A stretch of 64,000 nucleotides of DNA from Haliotis rubra (taxonomy: Eukaryota), in assembly GCF_003918875.1 (NCBI RefSeq), contig NW_025766966.1, positions 1,116,001-1,180,000 of the forward strand, written 5' to 3'. The notes beneath the pieces were generated by a model. The model had not been told where the DNA came from. It ran no database searches and was given only the letters and a program-made list of their open reading frames with translations. Shown here piece by piece: positions 1 through 13,961 of the stretch (the first letter of the stretch is position 1; each line of letters opens with the position of its first letter). A program made the position numbers and the translations under genes.

Positions 1-188
1 ACTATGAAATAGTGATGATACCAGGTGTTCGCCAAAAGGTGAGCGTATCCTGCCCCACCGGTGACATCCGTCATAAACATATGAAAGTCTAGTCATTTGT
101 TCACCTGAAATAATTTGGGAACGTATGGTACAAGTCAAAACAGGGAATTGCAAAAGAAGTTGCAGTTAACCTAAAATATCTGTTGTTA

Positions 189-520
189 GGGGCCGTTCAT
201 AATTTATGGCTAGGGGGGTGGGGGTGGGGTTGTGGTGATGATTTTTATGGAGAAGCATGTACAATGTGAATGCCCTCCCCCCTAAAATTTATGTACAAAA
301 TCAGTGACCCCCCGAATGTCATGTACAAAATCAATGAACCCCCCCCCTTCCGATAATTTCTGAGCATAATTTTAAACATTATTATGTACAAAATTGCTGA
401 CCCCCCTAGTACGTGTGTACAAAATTGCTGACCCCCCTTGCTCCCCAGAACAAAATGGGTGACACCCCTCACCCTTAAAATCATCATCAGCCCCCCTAGC
501 CATAAATTATGAACGGTCCC
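189..520. mobile_element. PIF/Harbinger-type MITE
   Basis: ~29-bp TIR GGGGCCGTTCATAATTTATGGCTAGGGGG / CCCCCTAGCCATAAATTATGAACGGTCCC with TTA on both flanks; internal gtacaaaat..gaccccc subrepeats. Confidence 0.8.
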
Positions 521-747
521 TTACTGTCGGAGGAACTCATCACCGTCCTTGTTGCGTACTATATTAACGTGTAAAATCCAGTCAACCTCATTTACCAGAA
601 ACTTTTCCCTTCTTGGATGTACTAAGTTGCCTAAATTCTTTTTTCATAGTATACATTTACACAACAGTAAAGTTCTGTCTGAATGTAGCTGTCAGTAATT
701 CGCGCGTCAGAGCAGCAGTTACCTCCCTTCCCACGGGATCTACCCAC

Positions 748-933
748 CTGCCGGAAACTTTCAGGGCACGACTTCCCCCATGGACGTCGTCGGTGGTTAC
801 GTCGAGTCTGCATCCAGATTCTCTCCAATTGTCAGAAAGGTCCAGACTCTCAAATCCCGGGTTTTTTAATAACTCGAGTCCATGCCCAGATGTTATTAAT
901 ACTATCAGCAGAGCAAGATAGTGAAAGAATCAT
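748..933 (-). pseudogene. Exon 1 of a second GH10 xylanase paralogue (frameshifted; gene would continue off the left edge)
   Basis: Reads YLALLIVLITSGHGLELLKNPGFESLDLSDNWRESGCRLDVTTDDVHGGSRALKVSG then AG|GT, matching exon 1 of the intact gene (GLEVLKNPGFESSDLSDNW...DDVHGGTRAVKVSG AG|GT). The ATG at 933 is out of frame (186 vs 188 nt). Confidence 0.8.
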
Positions 934-2942
934 AGCTGTATATCGACAATCTTACAACTGAGTGAAGAAGACTCTGGTATGTCAGTTGAGATAAGGTTGA
1001 ATATATTCGCCAATAACAGGGGGCGGCGTCTTCAAAATGTCACTCACACATTTGATGAACATTTCGTGCATTGGCAACAAGTAGTATAGGTAAGGGGTGT
1101 TCTGCATCAGGTCCGCTTATGGCAACATAGTATCTTGGTCACTGTGCACGGAACCTCTAGAGTCTCAGCTTCACATCATATGTGCCACGTGTTCCCGAGA
1201 ATCGTCCGAAGAAAAGGAAAGTGGCTGACACGAATGGAGCAGAGTTGTTTTCGTGAATGATAAGAAATAAAATACAGTTCATTCCTGCATTGGAATCGCA
1301 AACGAATAACACTTTCAAAATAAGCAGGTAAAGGCAAAAATGTTTGTATAAATTATGTCATTGAATTTTCAACAGCTGTCAAGAATCTTCAATCAGTACG
1401 TCTGTTTTTACTGGGAATATCAATACTTCGGTGAGTTATTATTTTAGATTTGTGATGCAATAGTACTGTATTAGAAATCTGTACTGTCATTCATTGTAAC
1501 CTTGTTTATTCAATATACAATTTAATATTATATTAGTCTGTGTTATATTTTGCTGGTTTAAAGGGGACAAGCCTTTTATCACAGCAATTTCTAAACTGTA
1601 ACAATGTGGCAAACACAAAGGGTGAAACTCACTAGTACTGTCCCAAACATCGTCTCCTCTAAAAGTTCACCCTGGCGCGGGTCTTCTTCATTACAGTTTT
1701 ATTTTTATGGCTGTAATGCCAAGGTATACATTGGTAACGGGGATATACCGTGTATCTACAAATAGTCTATGCAGGCTGACAGTGAAGACGTGTCTTTAAT
1801 GATGTCAGGTACACTTCTTGGTTAGTTGCTGAGTAGATGCTGCACCACCATCACCACCCCATTCCCAGAAAACTGCAGACATGAATGCGTCATAAACTCA
1901 CGCACGCACGCACGCACGCACGCACACGCATGGCCGGCAGATTCTGTTTGCGAATTACATTTACTCGGACGCGTACTTACACATACACTTACGGATAGAA
2001 AGACAGAACTGGGTATTGGCTTCGACGTCATGTGGATAATGGTGTATTCCTTCCATCATGCATGCAAATTGAGAATGGACCTTAATCCCTCAGAAAGAGT
2101 GACATTAGAATATCCCAGTGATGGCGTTCATCTGACGACAACGATTGACTTGACGTGTAGTAAACAATGGGATTGCACGACGTCGTGCATGCAGATGCCA
2201 TCTATGCAGACTACATGTATACTACACCGTCCAGGAAAGCCTGTTACAACCAGTACCTTATCCTAGTGGCAGTTTGCCCTCGCCTTCACTAAGTGAAGTT
2301 ATTGCCCTTTGGCGTGCGGAACCGCGTCGATCATCGACGTTATGTGTATGCTGGTATCAGGACGCCATCTGCTGACGACAGATTGAGCAACATGTACAAA
2401 TGTACATAATTTATTTTTGGAGCAGTTTTGCAAAACTGTCCATATTTCTTTAATTAAATTTGAAAGACATACTTAAAGGTGATATATAAATAGATACATA
2501 GATATTTAACGCTGCACTCAGCAATATTCCAGCTATATCGAGGCGGTCTGTAAATAATCAAGTCTGGACCAGACAATCCAGTGATCAACAGCATGGGTAT
2601 CGATTTACACAACTGGGATTCAAGTACATGTGTCAAGCAAGTCAGCGGGGATGACCACTGGATCCCGTTAGTCACCTCTTACAAGAAACATTGGTTCCTG
2701 AAGTGAGTGAGTGAGTTTGGTTTGACGCCGCTTTTAGCAATATTCCAGCAATATCGCGGCGGGGAACACCAGAAATGGGCTTCACACATCGTACCCATGT
2801 CGGGAATCGAGCCCAGGTCTTCAGCGTGACCATTAGGCTACCCCACCGCCCCCTCAAACAGATCGAAAAGTGTTATAGCAAAATATCCCTGAATGTATTT
2901 GGGTAAAACTGCAACTCGGCGTTTTAACCTGGTCTTCCAATA

Positions 2943-3110
2943 AGTGAGTGAGCGAGTTCAGTTTTACGCCGCTGGTAGCAATATTCCAGCAATATCACGG
3001 CGGGGAACACCAGAAATGGGCTTCACACATTGTACCCATGTGGGGAATCGAACCCGGGTCTTCGGCGTGACGAGCGAACGCTTTAACCACTAGGCTACCC
3101 CACCGCCCCT
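2943..3110 (-). mobile_element. tRNA-derived SINE family A (~165 bp, (CACT)n tail)
   Basis: A box gtagcctagtgg and B box ggttcgattcc. Other copies: 2702-2855(-), 4130-4260(-), 13016-13125(-), 17493-17625(-), 34745-34890(-), 35745-35925(-), 40231-40362(-), 44213-44370(-). Confidence 0.85.
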
Positions 3111-4414
3111 CTTCCAATTAGAGGCGACAGAATATTCATAATTAAATATTTAGAAAAAAATGTTTTATCAGTTTTGTGACAATGTATAACATGCAAAGAT
3201 GTTTCAGATGACGAAACGCAATGCTGGAAGTAGTCACTAACGGCCAGATTCCCTGCCTAACTCCAGGGCCACGCCCAATAGCAGGTGCGTGTTCGGTATA
3301 CTGCTCCCAAAGTGGACAGATCTAGTTTTTGACCATTTGACAGATCACCTGAGGTCATTCGTTTTATAATGACATGTGGTACTGGACATATGGTGCGATC
3401 GTGTTATACTATACAGGTGTTTACAGGCACCTGGGAGGCAGCCCAGTCAGTGTTTTTCCTCATTACAGATCGCCATTTTTTGAAAGGTTGCTATATCAGG
3501 ATTACAGTACAATTCCCAAGGTCTCGGTAATGCTATCAGTAAATCTCACAGCTGTGAGAAGAATGTCCTCGGTGTCGTGTCTTAGATAAGGCTTCGATCT
3601 TGTATTTGACTTCTTAGAGAGGTCGCTTGACAGCGGAAAATCGTGCGGACATTTGGTGCGATCGCGATAAACTGAAGTGTTACCATTACATGCAATATGA
3701 AGGCAAGCCAGTCAACGTCTTTCTTCATTATCAACACACTACTATCACTGAAACATAAAGCAACGTTTCACGTCTATGTTGAAAACACACGTTCAGTGAA
3801 TATATATGTATCACAGCGCCAACAGAATGCAAATGCAAATTACAACTGACAATATATAAATTTATATATACATGTATTGACTTTCTTTTTCTTTTTGTCA
3901 TATCATTTCAGTCACGAGGTGAATCCATTAAACATCAAAATGTTTGGCATTATGAATTGAAATACATGGACCGATTTGTCAGCCAATTTGTAAAATAAGT
4001 GAAATATCAGGCATGTTGTACATGACCTAAGTGGAAATGTCACTCAGTTTATACACTGACTATGGCACGTACACATGATATGATAAGCAAAATGAAAGAA
4101 CAACAACTGAAGACATACTTACGAAAGTAGAGATGGATTGATTGATTGATTGATTGACTTTAACAATAATCCAGCAATATGTCGGAGGTGCACCAGACTC
4201 GATTCCTGGTCTTCGGCGTGACAAGTGAAAGTTTTAACCACTAGGTCACTCCACCACATCCCAATATATGTTTGAAAAGTATAATGAATGAATAAATGTT
4301 TCAAATTTGTAATGAACGAATGTTGGAAAAGTAATAGTGCCAGCAATAAATTGCTACCAGTGTACAGGAATTAGGGATGAAAATATATCTTTTGTCGTGT
4401 CGTATAAAACGATC

Positions 4415-4707
4415 NNNNNNNNNNNNNNNNNNNNNNNNNNNNNNNNNNNNNNNNNNNNNNNNNNNNNNNNNNNNNNNNNNNNNNNNNNNNNNNNNNNNNN
4501 NNNNNNNNNNNNNNNNNNNNNNNNNNNNNNNNNNNNNNNNNNNNNNNNNNNNNNNNNNNNNNNNNNNNNNNNNNNNNNNNNNNNNNNNNNNNNNNNNNNN
4601 NNNNNNNNNNNNNNNNNNNNNNNNNNNNNNNNNNNNNNNNNNNNNNNNNNNNNNNNNNNNNNNNNNNNNNNNNNNNNNNNNNNNNNNNNNNNNNNNNNNN
4701 NNNNNNN
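4415..4707. other. Assembly gap
   Basis: N run. Confidence 1.
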
Positions 4708-5429
4708 TTCTCTCAAAGTTTAATTCCGCTGCCCTTACGGACAGTAGACAAGGTTGTGCGAACAATTGTGTTAGCCAGCAGATCTATCCAAAACGTCGAG
4801 CTACTCGTCAAGATCCGGGTTAGAATTGGTCTTCAACAAGCCATGTTCGTCGTAAAAGGCGACTAGCGGGATCTGTTGATCACTGGTTTGTCTGGTCCAG
4901 ACTTATTTACAGATCGCCGCCATATATCTGGAATGTTGCTGAGTGCAGCGTTGCAGCCCTGCTCGTTTCAGAGCTCCACTGTACCTTGGTTGTCTAACCG
5001 TCGAGAATCAGCCTCTAGACTCCATATCTCAGTGTAATGTCTGTTGAAACCGACTCGTATAAACTATTTTTAGCTCGGTCGTGTTTGCTCACGCAATACT
5101 TCCTGGCACCGTTATGCAAATATTTACGAAAGCTAACACCTGAATTCCTCTTCCTCTTATTTTGAATAGATAAAAAAATAACACAATATCATATACTACC
5201 GATTTTAGTGGGTTTGGCATTGGTTTAAAACGTATTTACAACGATTTTCAGGTTATAGCACCTCTCATTATAGCTTCATCTCGGCGGGGCTAGGGAGGAT
5301 GAACGACGTGTGCAATGTAGGTTTTCGGTGAATGTCTATAGAGTGTGTGTGTGGTGACAAGAATGAATGCTTTTGATTACTGTCAATACATTCTGTAAAC
5401 ATCTGTCATAGTGCAACATGGTTCAAGGT

Positions 5430-5832
5430 GACAAAAAAAAGACAAAAATACTCCACAAGATCAAAGGGGTTGATTTCAACTTCCCAATAGTCAACTTTCC
5501 TTTCATGCTGAGCAATATCCCAACAGCTCCAGCTTTTGAGGTACAATCGAGTATGCAGAGTTTTACCAAGAGTTCAAAGAGCGTCATACCACTCATGCTC
5601 TGAATTTGTTTGATCAAGGTGACAACATTCAAGGTCTCAGTAAAACCTTTAAAGACGTTTTATGGTAGACATGTGGAAGACATCAGAGACAAAAATGATG
5701 TCCGATATTTTGACAAATATGTTGTCGATATGTTCCCAAATTATTTCGGGTTGACTAAACTTTGCATATGTTTATGACGGGTGCCACCGTTGGGGCAGTA
5801 AACGCTCACCCTTTCGCGGACACCTGGCACCA
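5430..5832 (+). mobile_element. Penelope-like element RT C-terminal fragment plus terminal sequence
   Basis: DFNFPIVNFPFMLSNIPTAPA motif; the terminal block 5775-5830 recurs inverted at 20-75 and partly at ~16790. Confidence 0.65.
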
Positions 5833-6619
5833 GCGCTATTACATAGTGTTATAAGGTTAAAAAATGCGTCTGTTATACAAGAAAAGTATCACAAATCCAT
5901 TATTGAGAATTACGGTTATTTCTTGATAGAATTGACGCTATCACCGCTTGGTAATAAACCAATTGCTATAGAACATAATAACTGCCAGTAACAGAACACA
6001 AAAGACTCAAAAGTAGCAATTAACGGTGAATTACCGATGAGTAGTGGACAGTAATTTCCGATCACGCGGTACGACATGAGACCATGAAGTGATGTAACTT
6101 TAAACGAATCAGAAAGATTGTCTCTGGGCATGTGACAAGGGCGGAGCAGGCTCGAACAGCTTAAAAAGATACCGTCCGCGCTAGCAAGTGGTGTGGGTTG
6201 CAAAGTCAGCAGAACGTTCGCATCGCGATCGATCAGTTCCATATCTGGTAAAGAGCTTGCCCTGTCCTGTCCAGTCCAAGTCACCTTGTAATGAAGAGGG
6301 GGATCGAGTAAACCTATGTGAGCATAGAACCCGGTGTTGAGTTATTCATTGTATGCCAGAGTGCCAGTACTTGAATGCAATGTTGTAGTTAGGATTCCCG
6401 GTCGTCCGACCTCTCACTCCTAGACATAGCAGCCCCTGACGGACCAAGCGAGTATAACTTGAGCTGACATCACCCCAGACAATGTGGAACGGCCATGCTA
6501 ATAGCTGACTGTTAATAGGGTTAACTAACGCCTAAACCCCAGTGACGACAATAGTGATTCATAAACACATGTCATCGTATGGCACAGTATTGTCTGGTCT
6601 TTTTGTTTACAATCAACAT

Positions 6620-8143
6620 AATAAGGGGGAGGAAGATCAGGCCTACACCTATCTTGGAATGCAAGTTCGAGACAAACTCCAGAATGCCTAGATTCAAGAC
6701 AAACTTCGGGCCGAGTATAAGACTCGCTTAAAGAAAATCTGGAGCTCAGAGCAAAATGCTCGAAACAAGGTCAAAGCCACCAATACTTTTGCTGTGCCAG
6801 TCATTTCCTATTCCTTTAGAGTAGTTGATTGGACAAAACAAGACATCCAGAGTCTTGACCGCCTGACCAGAAGGATCATGTCTGATAACAGAGCCCACCA
6901 CCCTCGGTCCTCTCTTAATCGTTTATATATGCCAGTCAATTCTGGAGGGTGGGGTTTGATTAATGTGAAGGCTCTTCAAGATAGAATTTTATTGTGTACT
7001 TTTGCACATATTTATTTATCGGATTATCCTCTGGTGATGCATGTCAGGGCTCGTGATGAAAGCAAGGAATTCCACAGCTATTTTAAGCTTGCCAAGGTTG
7101 TTGGACAGAATCTTAAATTTGAGGTAGATTTTGTTGATGGCGATGTATTGATGGACAGTACAGCGATGGAGTAAACCAGGTGAAGTCCTTCACCAAGTCT
7201 GCCCAGAGTCGGTCCTTTGTGGAGAAGCCTTCTGAAAAACCACTGCATCGTGTATATATGCGGTGTGTGGAACAGAACAGTAATCCAACCGACTCCTTTG
7301 CCTGGATGACGTTGGCTGGTCTTAAATGTGGAACAGAGGGCTTCCTTTTGGCTGCCCAGAACCAGTCACTTCCCATTCGCAATCGTCTAAATGTGATTCT
7401 TAAAGAAAGTATTTGCATGAAATGTCGATTATGTAATGAATTTACAGAGACTGTCCAACACCTAGTGAGTGGATGCCCTTACTTGACACAAACAGCATAT
7501 GTTAAAAGACATGATGGCATGGCTCGTTGCTTCTACCATCGTCTTCGCCATGCCTGTGGCTTTGACTCCCAGGTCCATCCATCCATGGTACGACCCTGAA
7601 CATGTTCAGGGCGTCATGGCAAAAACAGCTTTAAACTTCTTTGGAATAGGCCCATATGCGGCCTCAGAAATATTCCAGCCAACAAACCTGATCTTGTCCT
7701 TTTTGAAAAAGCCAATGAATTTATTTATATTATTGAATTGTCTGTCCCTTCTAACAGCATCGTGACTGGCAAGATTCGGGAAAAGTATGCTACATATGCG
7801 GACCTCGCTTTTGAAATGTCTCGCTTGCATCCCAAGTACACAGTCGTCAGTTTCCCCATTTTTAGGAGATCAGGAGAGTGCCCGGGTTCTCCACCGGGAA
7901 CACAGCCCTTCTGACACTCTGGGTAATACAGAAGGCTGCAGTGTTGGGGAGTCTACAAAGTTCTTGGTGGGTTCGACTAGACAGCGTTTCCTGGGAGAAG
8001 TCCAACTCGCTGTCTGGGCTGCGTGTAGAAGGGGCAAGGGCCCTGAGCTGATAATAAGCCTTACCAGTCTGACTGTGCCAGGGTCACCTCAACCCTCTCT
8101 GCTGCATTTTCATCTCACTCTGAACAAAATAATAATAATAATG
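6620..8143 (+). mobile_element. R4/Dong-type non-LTR retrotransposon 3' remnant with restriction-like endonuclease
   Basis: RT-thumb remnant (NKVKATNTFAVPVISYS), CCHC (CRLCNEFTETVQHLVSGC), RHD, REL motif (NKPDLV...IELSVP); stops and frameshifts; ends in (TAA)n at ~8130-8142. Confidence 0.85.
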
Positions 8144-8186
8144 CAAAATATAATAACAAAATATGGTGAGCATGTAAACTATGGCT

Positions 8187-8192
8187 TTTATT
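8187..8192 (-). terminator. Candidate polyadenylation signal of the xylanase gene
   Basis: AATAAA on the - strand about 70 nt after the TAG at 8261-8263. Confidence 0.45.
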
Positions 8193-8213
8193 GACCTTTC
8201 TTAAGTATCAGTG

Positions 8214-8215
<2 letters not shown>

Positions 8216-8250
<35 letters not shown>
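8216..8250. repeat. (TA)n microsatellite in the xylanase 3' UTR
   Basis: Seen directly. Confidence 0.9.
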
Positions 8251-8252
<2 letters not shown>

Positions 8253-8260
8253 CACAGACT

Positions 8261-11200
8261 CTAACCGACGATACCTCCACCTTGGCCATTAAGCGAACAA
8301 CACGTGGCCACAGCCAACACCCCTTCTTCGCCAGTAAACTTATCTTCTCCATTCACGGCAATACACTGTTCTCCATTAGCCTTTGTCCCTAGAAAACAAA
8401 CAGAGAGATAGCATGACACATGGAACGACTCAGTATGCAGACAGGTAATAATAAATCTATTTTCCAAACATCTTTGAAATTCTTTACTTATAAGCATCGG
8501 AATATCTGTACGTCTTCACAGCAGTTGTTATTCAAAATTATCCAACTGGAATTTACGGGTCATCGATGATAGTGGGTGAAGTAGTGTAGGTTTGAACAGG
8601 TTGCTGAACTGAAAGAATCGCAACAAATACGTCCGTAATGCGCGATACCGAGGTTTAAATGTCAAGCTCTCGGAAGTGTCTGGAACTTGTAAAATACTCA
8701 ATAAATTAACTTCAATTCCTACATTTCCTGCTCTATCAGTTATAGGTAATTATTGTTATATGAAACCTCTCGCTGACAGGCGTGGTGGGGTAGCCTAGTG
8801 GTTATAGTGTTCGCTTGTCACGCCGAAGACTCGGGTTCGATTCCCACATGGGTACAATGTGTGAAGCCTATTTCTGGTGTCCCCCGCCGTGATATTGCTT
8901 GAATATTGCTAAAAGCGGAATAAAACTAAACTCACTCACTCACACTCGCTGATAATTCAGAATGGAGGTATATGTTCAAAGACATCATCAAATGTAGAAG
9001 ATGATACATCATTCTTTATCACCTCAACTTCTAAATGCCCAGCAAAGAAATGATCAAATGTAACTGATATGGGATTTTTCTGGAATCTACCTGTTCTTGT
9101 TCGTGATAGTGATATAAGCTTTTGTTTCTTCCGGATTTGAACCATAAGAAACATAACGCTTTCAGTGCGGTGTCCACGATGGTGAATGCCCATGGCTTCA
9201 TATAGAAGGTAAGTCTTTAGCTTCGACAGGAATGATTCATATGAGTAGTATTTAATTTCTTACGCAAGTACCTAGAAACGGGGCCGATGGGGTAGCCTAA
9301 ATCGTCCGCTCGTCACGCTGAAGACCCGGGTTCGATTCCCGACATGCGTATAATGTGTGAAACCCATTTCTGGTGTCCCCTGCGGCATTATTACTGGAAT
9401 GTTGCTAAAAGCGGCGTAAAACAATACTCACTCACTCTAAGAGAAACGTAATTACCTCCAATATATGCCCCAGCTGACTTTCCATAGTTGGCTCGGACGC
9501 TGCATCCCAGTAACTCCGTACCAGGTCCACAGGAGACAGTAGCCTTCTCTCCCTTGATGAGACCACTAGGTTTGGACACCACCGTCTTACAGGTCAGTTT
9601 GGGGGCAGTACAGCAGGCAGCATAAGACCACGTACCTAGAATTGAAATCACTTCTTTAGTTGGACACATTGATTGTATTGGTGTCAACCAATAAACCGCT
9701 TACTTCAAAAAAAAATTAACAAATATTGTTATCATTATTATGTTTGTTGAGAGGATGCGTAAATCATTTTCAGATATTTGCATTTGGAAAGAAACAGAAA
9801 GAGAACATTCAGATAACATTAAGCGGTTTATTTCTATAAATATGTAAGGGCATTAAACTAAGCTTCAACTATATAGTAGCTGCTTCAATAATATTATACT
9901 GACCAACGGTAGTGCCTTCATTTGAGGCAGTGCATCCCTTCTGATTGTCCGAAGGAAACGCTCCTATCATCTCGGAGTCCCATGTCCAGGCCGTACAGCC
10001 TGAATGGGAAGAGGAAGCAAATCGATGTACCATTTAGAATGAATTCATTGAGTAAAAAGTCGAGTCCCGTTGATTTTAAGTCTGGGGACCGGAGTAATTG
10101 TTTGACTTATCCAGAGTTCGAAACATCCGACGAAACGACCTTATTCCTATCAGCTCTGATTCCGGCATGGGTTCTTTCCTCGCCTTCTTAGTCTCAACAG
10201 AGCGAGTAACGACGTCCAGAAGATCACAGTATAATGATGATAAGTAGCGTAGTTACAACATTCTAACAGACATAATTCTCATTCACACTTTTTAATTGAA
10301 CGTTTACCTGTTAGTGTGATATTTTATATACCAACATGTCATTCGTAAAGTTTAAGCATTATACTCAAAGCTTTTAATGTTAAGCCGTCACAAGACCACG
10401 AACGGAAAGCGATGCCATTCTTTGTCCATGGATCATGATTGGTTTCTCTTTGATGCTTCAAAAGTTGTCATAGATCACATACAGTACTGTCAGCTGTGCC
10501 ATTCACAAATTCTGTCAACTCACCTGTGGCTATTTCACCATTCATACAGGTTGTTTCCACTCTGGCATCAACAGACTTAGCAGATGGACCTGAGCTTCTG
10601 TATGCACACTGCATGTTCTTTGACTTACAGCATCGGATGACTGCTTGAACACCTGGTATGGCGAGGTTCAACATAAGTTATGAAAATGACACATGAATCT
10701 GTCAATGAACCGTTTCTGACACTGTTTGGACAAGAAAATGCTACATCACAGCCAAACTATACCAAACAAAAGACTTTACAATTAAATTATAATATATGGA
10801 TTGCAAATGGCATAATGGCAAATATGGATGGTAACAAACATATCGTTTCGATTCCTTTTCTTAATACCTCGATTCCTTTAAGTTAGCCCAATATTTCAAT
10901 AGCCAGACTTAGACACCACACCGTAGTTAATGTCCTGTTAGCCATGGCAGCCCCAAAAAACCTTCAGTAATAATAATAATGATAATAGAAGATGAACATT
11001 GTGTAATTTGGACTATGTGTTTAAGAATTATTATCTAATAGTGATGATTACCGATGTACACTAAATAATTAGCCTTTCCTGACCTACCAATAGTCACAAA
11101 CACATGAAATGGCAAGTCAAGTGTTTGTCTATACAAACACGAGACCACATGATAAAAGTCAAAATAGGGAATCGCATTGGACGTCATTATGGTCATTAGA

Positions 11201-13961
11201 GCGTATAATTCGAAAATTGTCTTTTGTTTTGAAAGCCACCTTTGGTTTTGAGTGTTGCTATTCTGATCAAAATACTTTTGAGCACGTCCCTAGTGTACAG
11301 TACACAACCCTGTGCACTTAAAAGAACCCACGAATTCGTTGGTATATTACCAGATGATGATCACATGAATACGTGCAAACACCTAGTTGCGGGTACAACA
11401 ACGTGCAGTGAACTTGGACAAAGTACTGTAACTATGTGTCCCAGTCCACCCAGTTGTGAATGGGTACCTCGTAAGGATGGGAATGCCACAATATCTCGGT
11501 GCGCCTAGTGGCTGCAAGAGTTGTATGATCATCAGGGAGTTGAGATTGACAATACGAAGTGCCGTTGAGATTGACATCCAGTGAACGAGGGAAAAACAAA
11601 GCGCCTTTGAGCAGAACTGGATATCGGCGCTATACNNNNNNNNNNNNNNNNNNNNNNNNNNNNNNNNNNNNNNNNNNNNNNNNNNNNNNNNNNNNNNNNN
11701 NNNNNNNNNNNNNNNNNNNNNNNNNNNNNNNNNNNNNNNNNNNNNNNNNNNNNNNNNNNNNNNNNNNNNNNNNNNNNNNNNNNNNNNNNNNNNNNNNNNN
11801 NNNNNNNNNNNNNNNNNNNNNNNNNNNNNNNNNNNNNNNNNNNNNNNNNNNNNNNNNNNNNNNNNNNNNNNNNNNNNNNNNNNNNNNNNNNNNNNNNNNN
11901 NNNNNNNNNNNNNNNNNNNNNNNNNNNNNNNNNNNNNNNNNNNNNNNNNNNNNNNNNNNNNNNNNNNNNNNNNNNNNNNNNNNNNNNNNNNNNNNNNNNN
12001 NNNNNNNNNNNNNNNNNNNNNNNNNNNNNNNNNNNNNNNNNNNNNNNNNNNNNNNNNNNNNNNNNNNNNNNNNNNNNNNNNNNNNNNNNNNNNNNNNNNN
12101 NNNNNNNNNNNNNNNNNNNNNNNNNNNNNNNNNNNNNNNNNNNNNNNNNNNNNNNNNNNNNNNNNNNNNNNNNNNNNNNNNNNNNNNNNNNNNNNNNNNN
12201 NNNNNNNNNNNNNNNNNNNNNNNNNNNNNNNNNNNNNNNNNNNNNNNNNNNNNNNNNNNNNNNNNNNNNNNNNNNNNNNNNNNNNNNNNNNNNNNNNNNN
12301 NNNNNNNNNNNNNNNNNNNNNNNNNNNNNNNNNNNNNNNNNNNNNNNNNNNNNNNNNNNNNNNNNNNNNNNNNNNNNNNNNNNNNNNNNNNNNNNNNNNN
12401 NNNNNNNNNNNNNNNNNNNNNNNNNNNNNNNNNNNNNNNNNNNNNNNNNNNNNNNNNNNNNNNNNNNNNNNNNNNNNNNNNNNNNNNNNTCTTCAACAAC
12501 CCATGCATGTCGTAAGAGGCGGGTAACGGGATCGGGTGGTCAGGCTCGCTAACTCCGTTAAAACATGTCCTTGTATCCCAATTGTGTAGATTGATGCTCA
12601 TGATGTTGTTCACTAGATTGTCTGGCTCAGATTCAGTCATGTACAGATCACAGCCATATGTCTGGAATACTGGAATGCGGCGTTTAAAAAACCCCAGTCA
12701 AACAAACTAACAAAAAGCGTACTTTTGAGCATCTGTCCTATGGCGTGTTATGAGTATCATGCTCACCTTGCTTTGACCTCCAACCATTTACTGATTTACA
12801 AGCCACCCGGCCATTATTAACCTCGATGGTCTCTCCATCCCGGTACCACTCTCCGTCCTGAAGAAAACCAGACGTTATTCTTGTAGAAAATCGGTCATTA
12901 CCATTTGCGATTTCACCTTTGTTGCTCTTTGAATTACAGATAAAGCTGGAAAAATGAGTTCGATAGACGATAATCTGAAACACTCTTTGAAATATTTCTT
13001 GACGTTTTAGCGGAACAGTGAGTGAGTGAGTGAGTGAGTGTGGTTTTACGCCGCTTTTAGCAGTATTCCAGCATTATCACGGCAGGGAACACCAGAAATG
13101 CACTTTAACCATAAGGCTACCAACCGTCTCTTTTTCCCGGAACACAGGACTATAAGAAGTTGTCAACTTTACATGCAGATACATATTGTAATTAAATAGT
13201 ATTTATAGATTTCTTCCGTCTCCAGTGGTTCTAATATTTGTACATCGCTGAAAACACATACATCAGTTGTACTAATTTTCACAGTTTGTTTCATTTGATG
13301 GGAAAACAATATAGTTTTCATATGTATGATCGTCTAAAATTAAGACTGGTTATGGACTACCTGCAGAATATGTCTTGAAGTTTTACTAACAAAATATATC
13401 AGAAGAGAGAGAGAGTTCATTTTGCCTCAATTTGAATTGTATAAATTTTGTATATCACATCATACAAGCCACGTGTAGATGGGATTGCAAGACTTCGAAG
13501 TTTAGTGAAACCAACCAGTAGCCAGAATACAAATTTTAAAAAAATGCTAAAACTACTTAATTAGTCAATGCCATTTACCAGCCAACCAAAAAACCAACTA
13601 TCCAACCAACCAACCAGCCAGCCAGCCAACCAGTCAGCCAACCAACCAACCGGTGAGTGAGGTTGGTTTGAGGCTACCTGAATCAGTGTTATAATCATAT
13701 TAGGACCTAATCGTGTCGATTATATATATACCTTGTGATAACCGGAGCAGCTAGTCATCACTTCGTCACTCAGGCAGGAAGCAAATGCAGGCTTGTCATC
13801 TCCGACCTCCGACACCTGGGACGAGCGGGTCACACACTGGAGGTCGTTGTTGTTAGCATTGGATGACATTCTACCAACAATATGCTCGTTGTTATGGGAG
13901 ACTTGAATAGCTTGAGTGATGTGCACGAATGGATCAATGGTTGTTGGGAGTGTCACTTGAT
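8261..13961 (-). CDS. C-terminal exons 13-18 of the xylanase gene: linker plus three PCSK9-CTD/resistin-like modules
   Basis: DLQCVTRSS...FASCLSDEVMTSCSGY...RDGETIE...VACKSVNGWRSKQGVQAVIRCC / MQCAYRSS...TTCMNGEIATGCTAW...GCTASN...WSYAACC / LTCKTVVS...VSCGPGTELLGCSVR...QCIAVN...GVLAVATCC; six Cys per module, each ending in CC. Confidence 0.85.

Noticed and set aside
2702-3110. tRNA genes suggested by A/B boxes
   Set aside because: The heads continue into a shared SINE body and microsatellite tail and recur more than ten times; no full cloverleaf.
11636-12489. A missing xylanase exon hidden in the gap
   Set aside because: Exons 14 and 15 join in phase and complete module 1 (SKQG-VQAVIRCC) with nothing missing.
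11559-12640. Long ORFs in the track here and at 4301-4823 and 29345-29944
   Set aside because: Artefacts of N runs.
8261-13961. A separate PCSK9 gene
   Set aside because: No subtilisin prodomain or catalytic exons are present, and the exons continue in frame from the GH10 exon donor; no symbol assigned.
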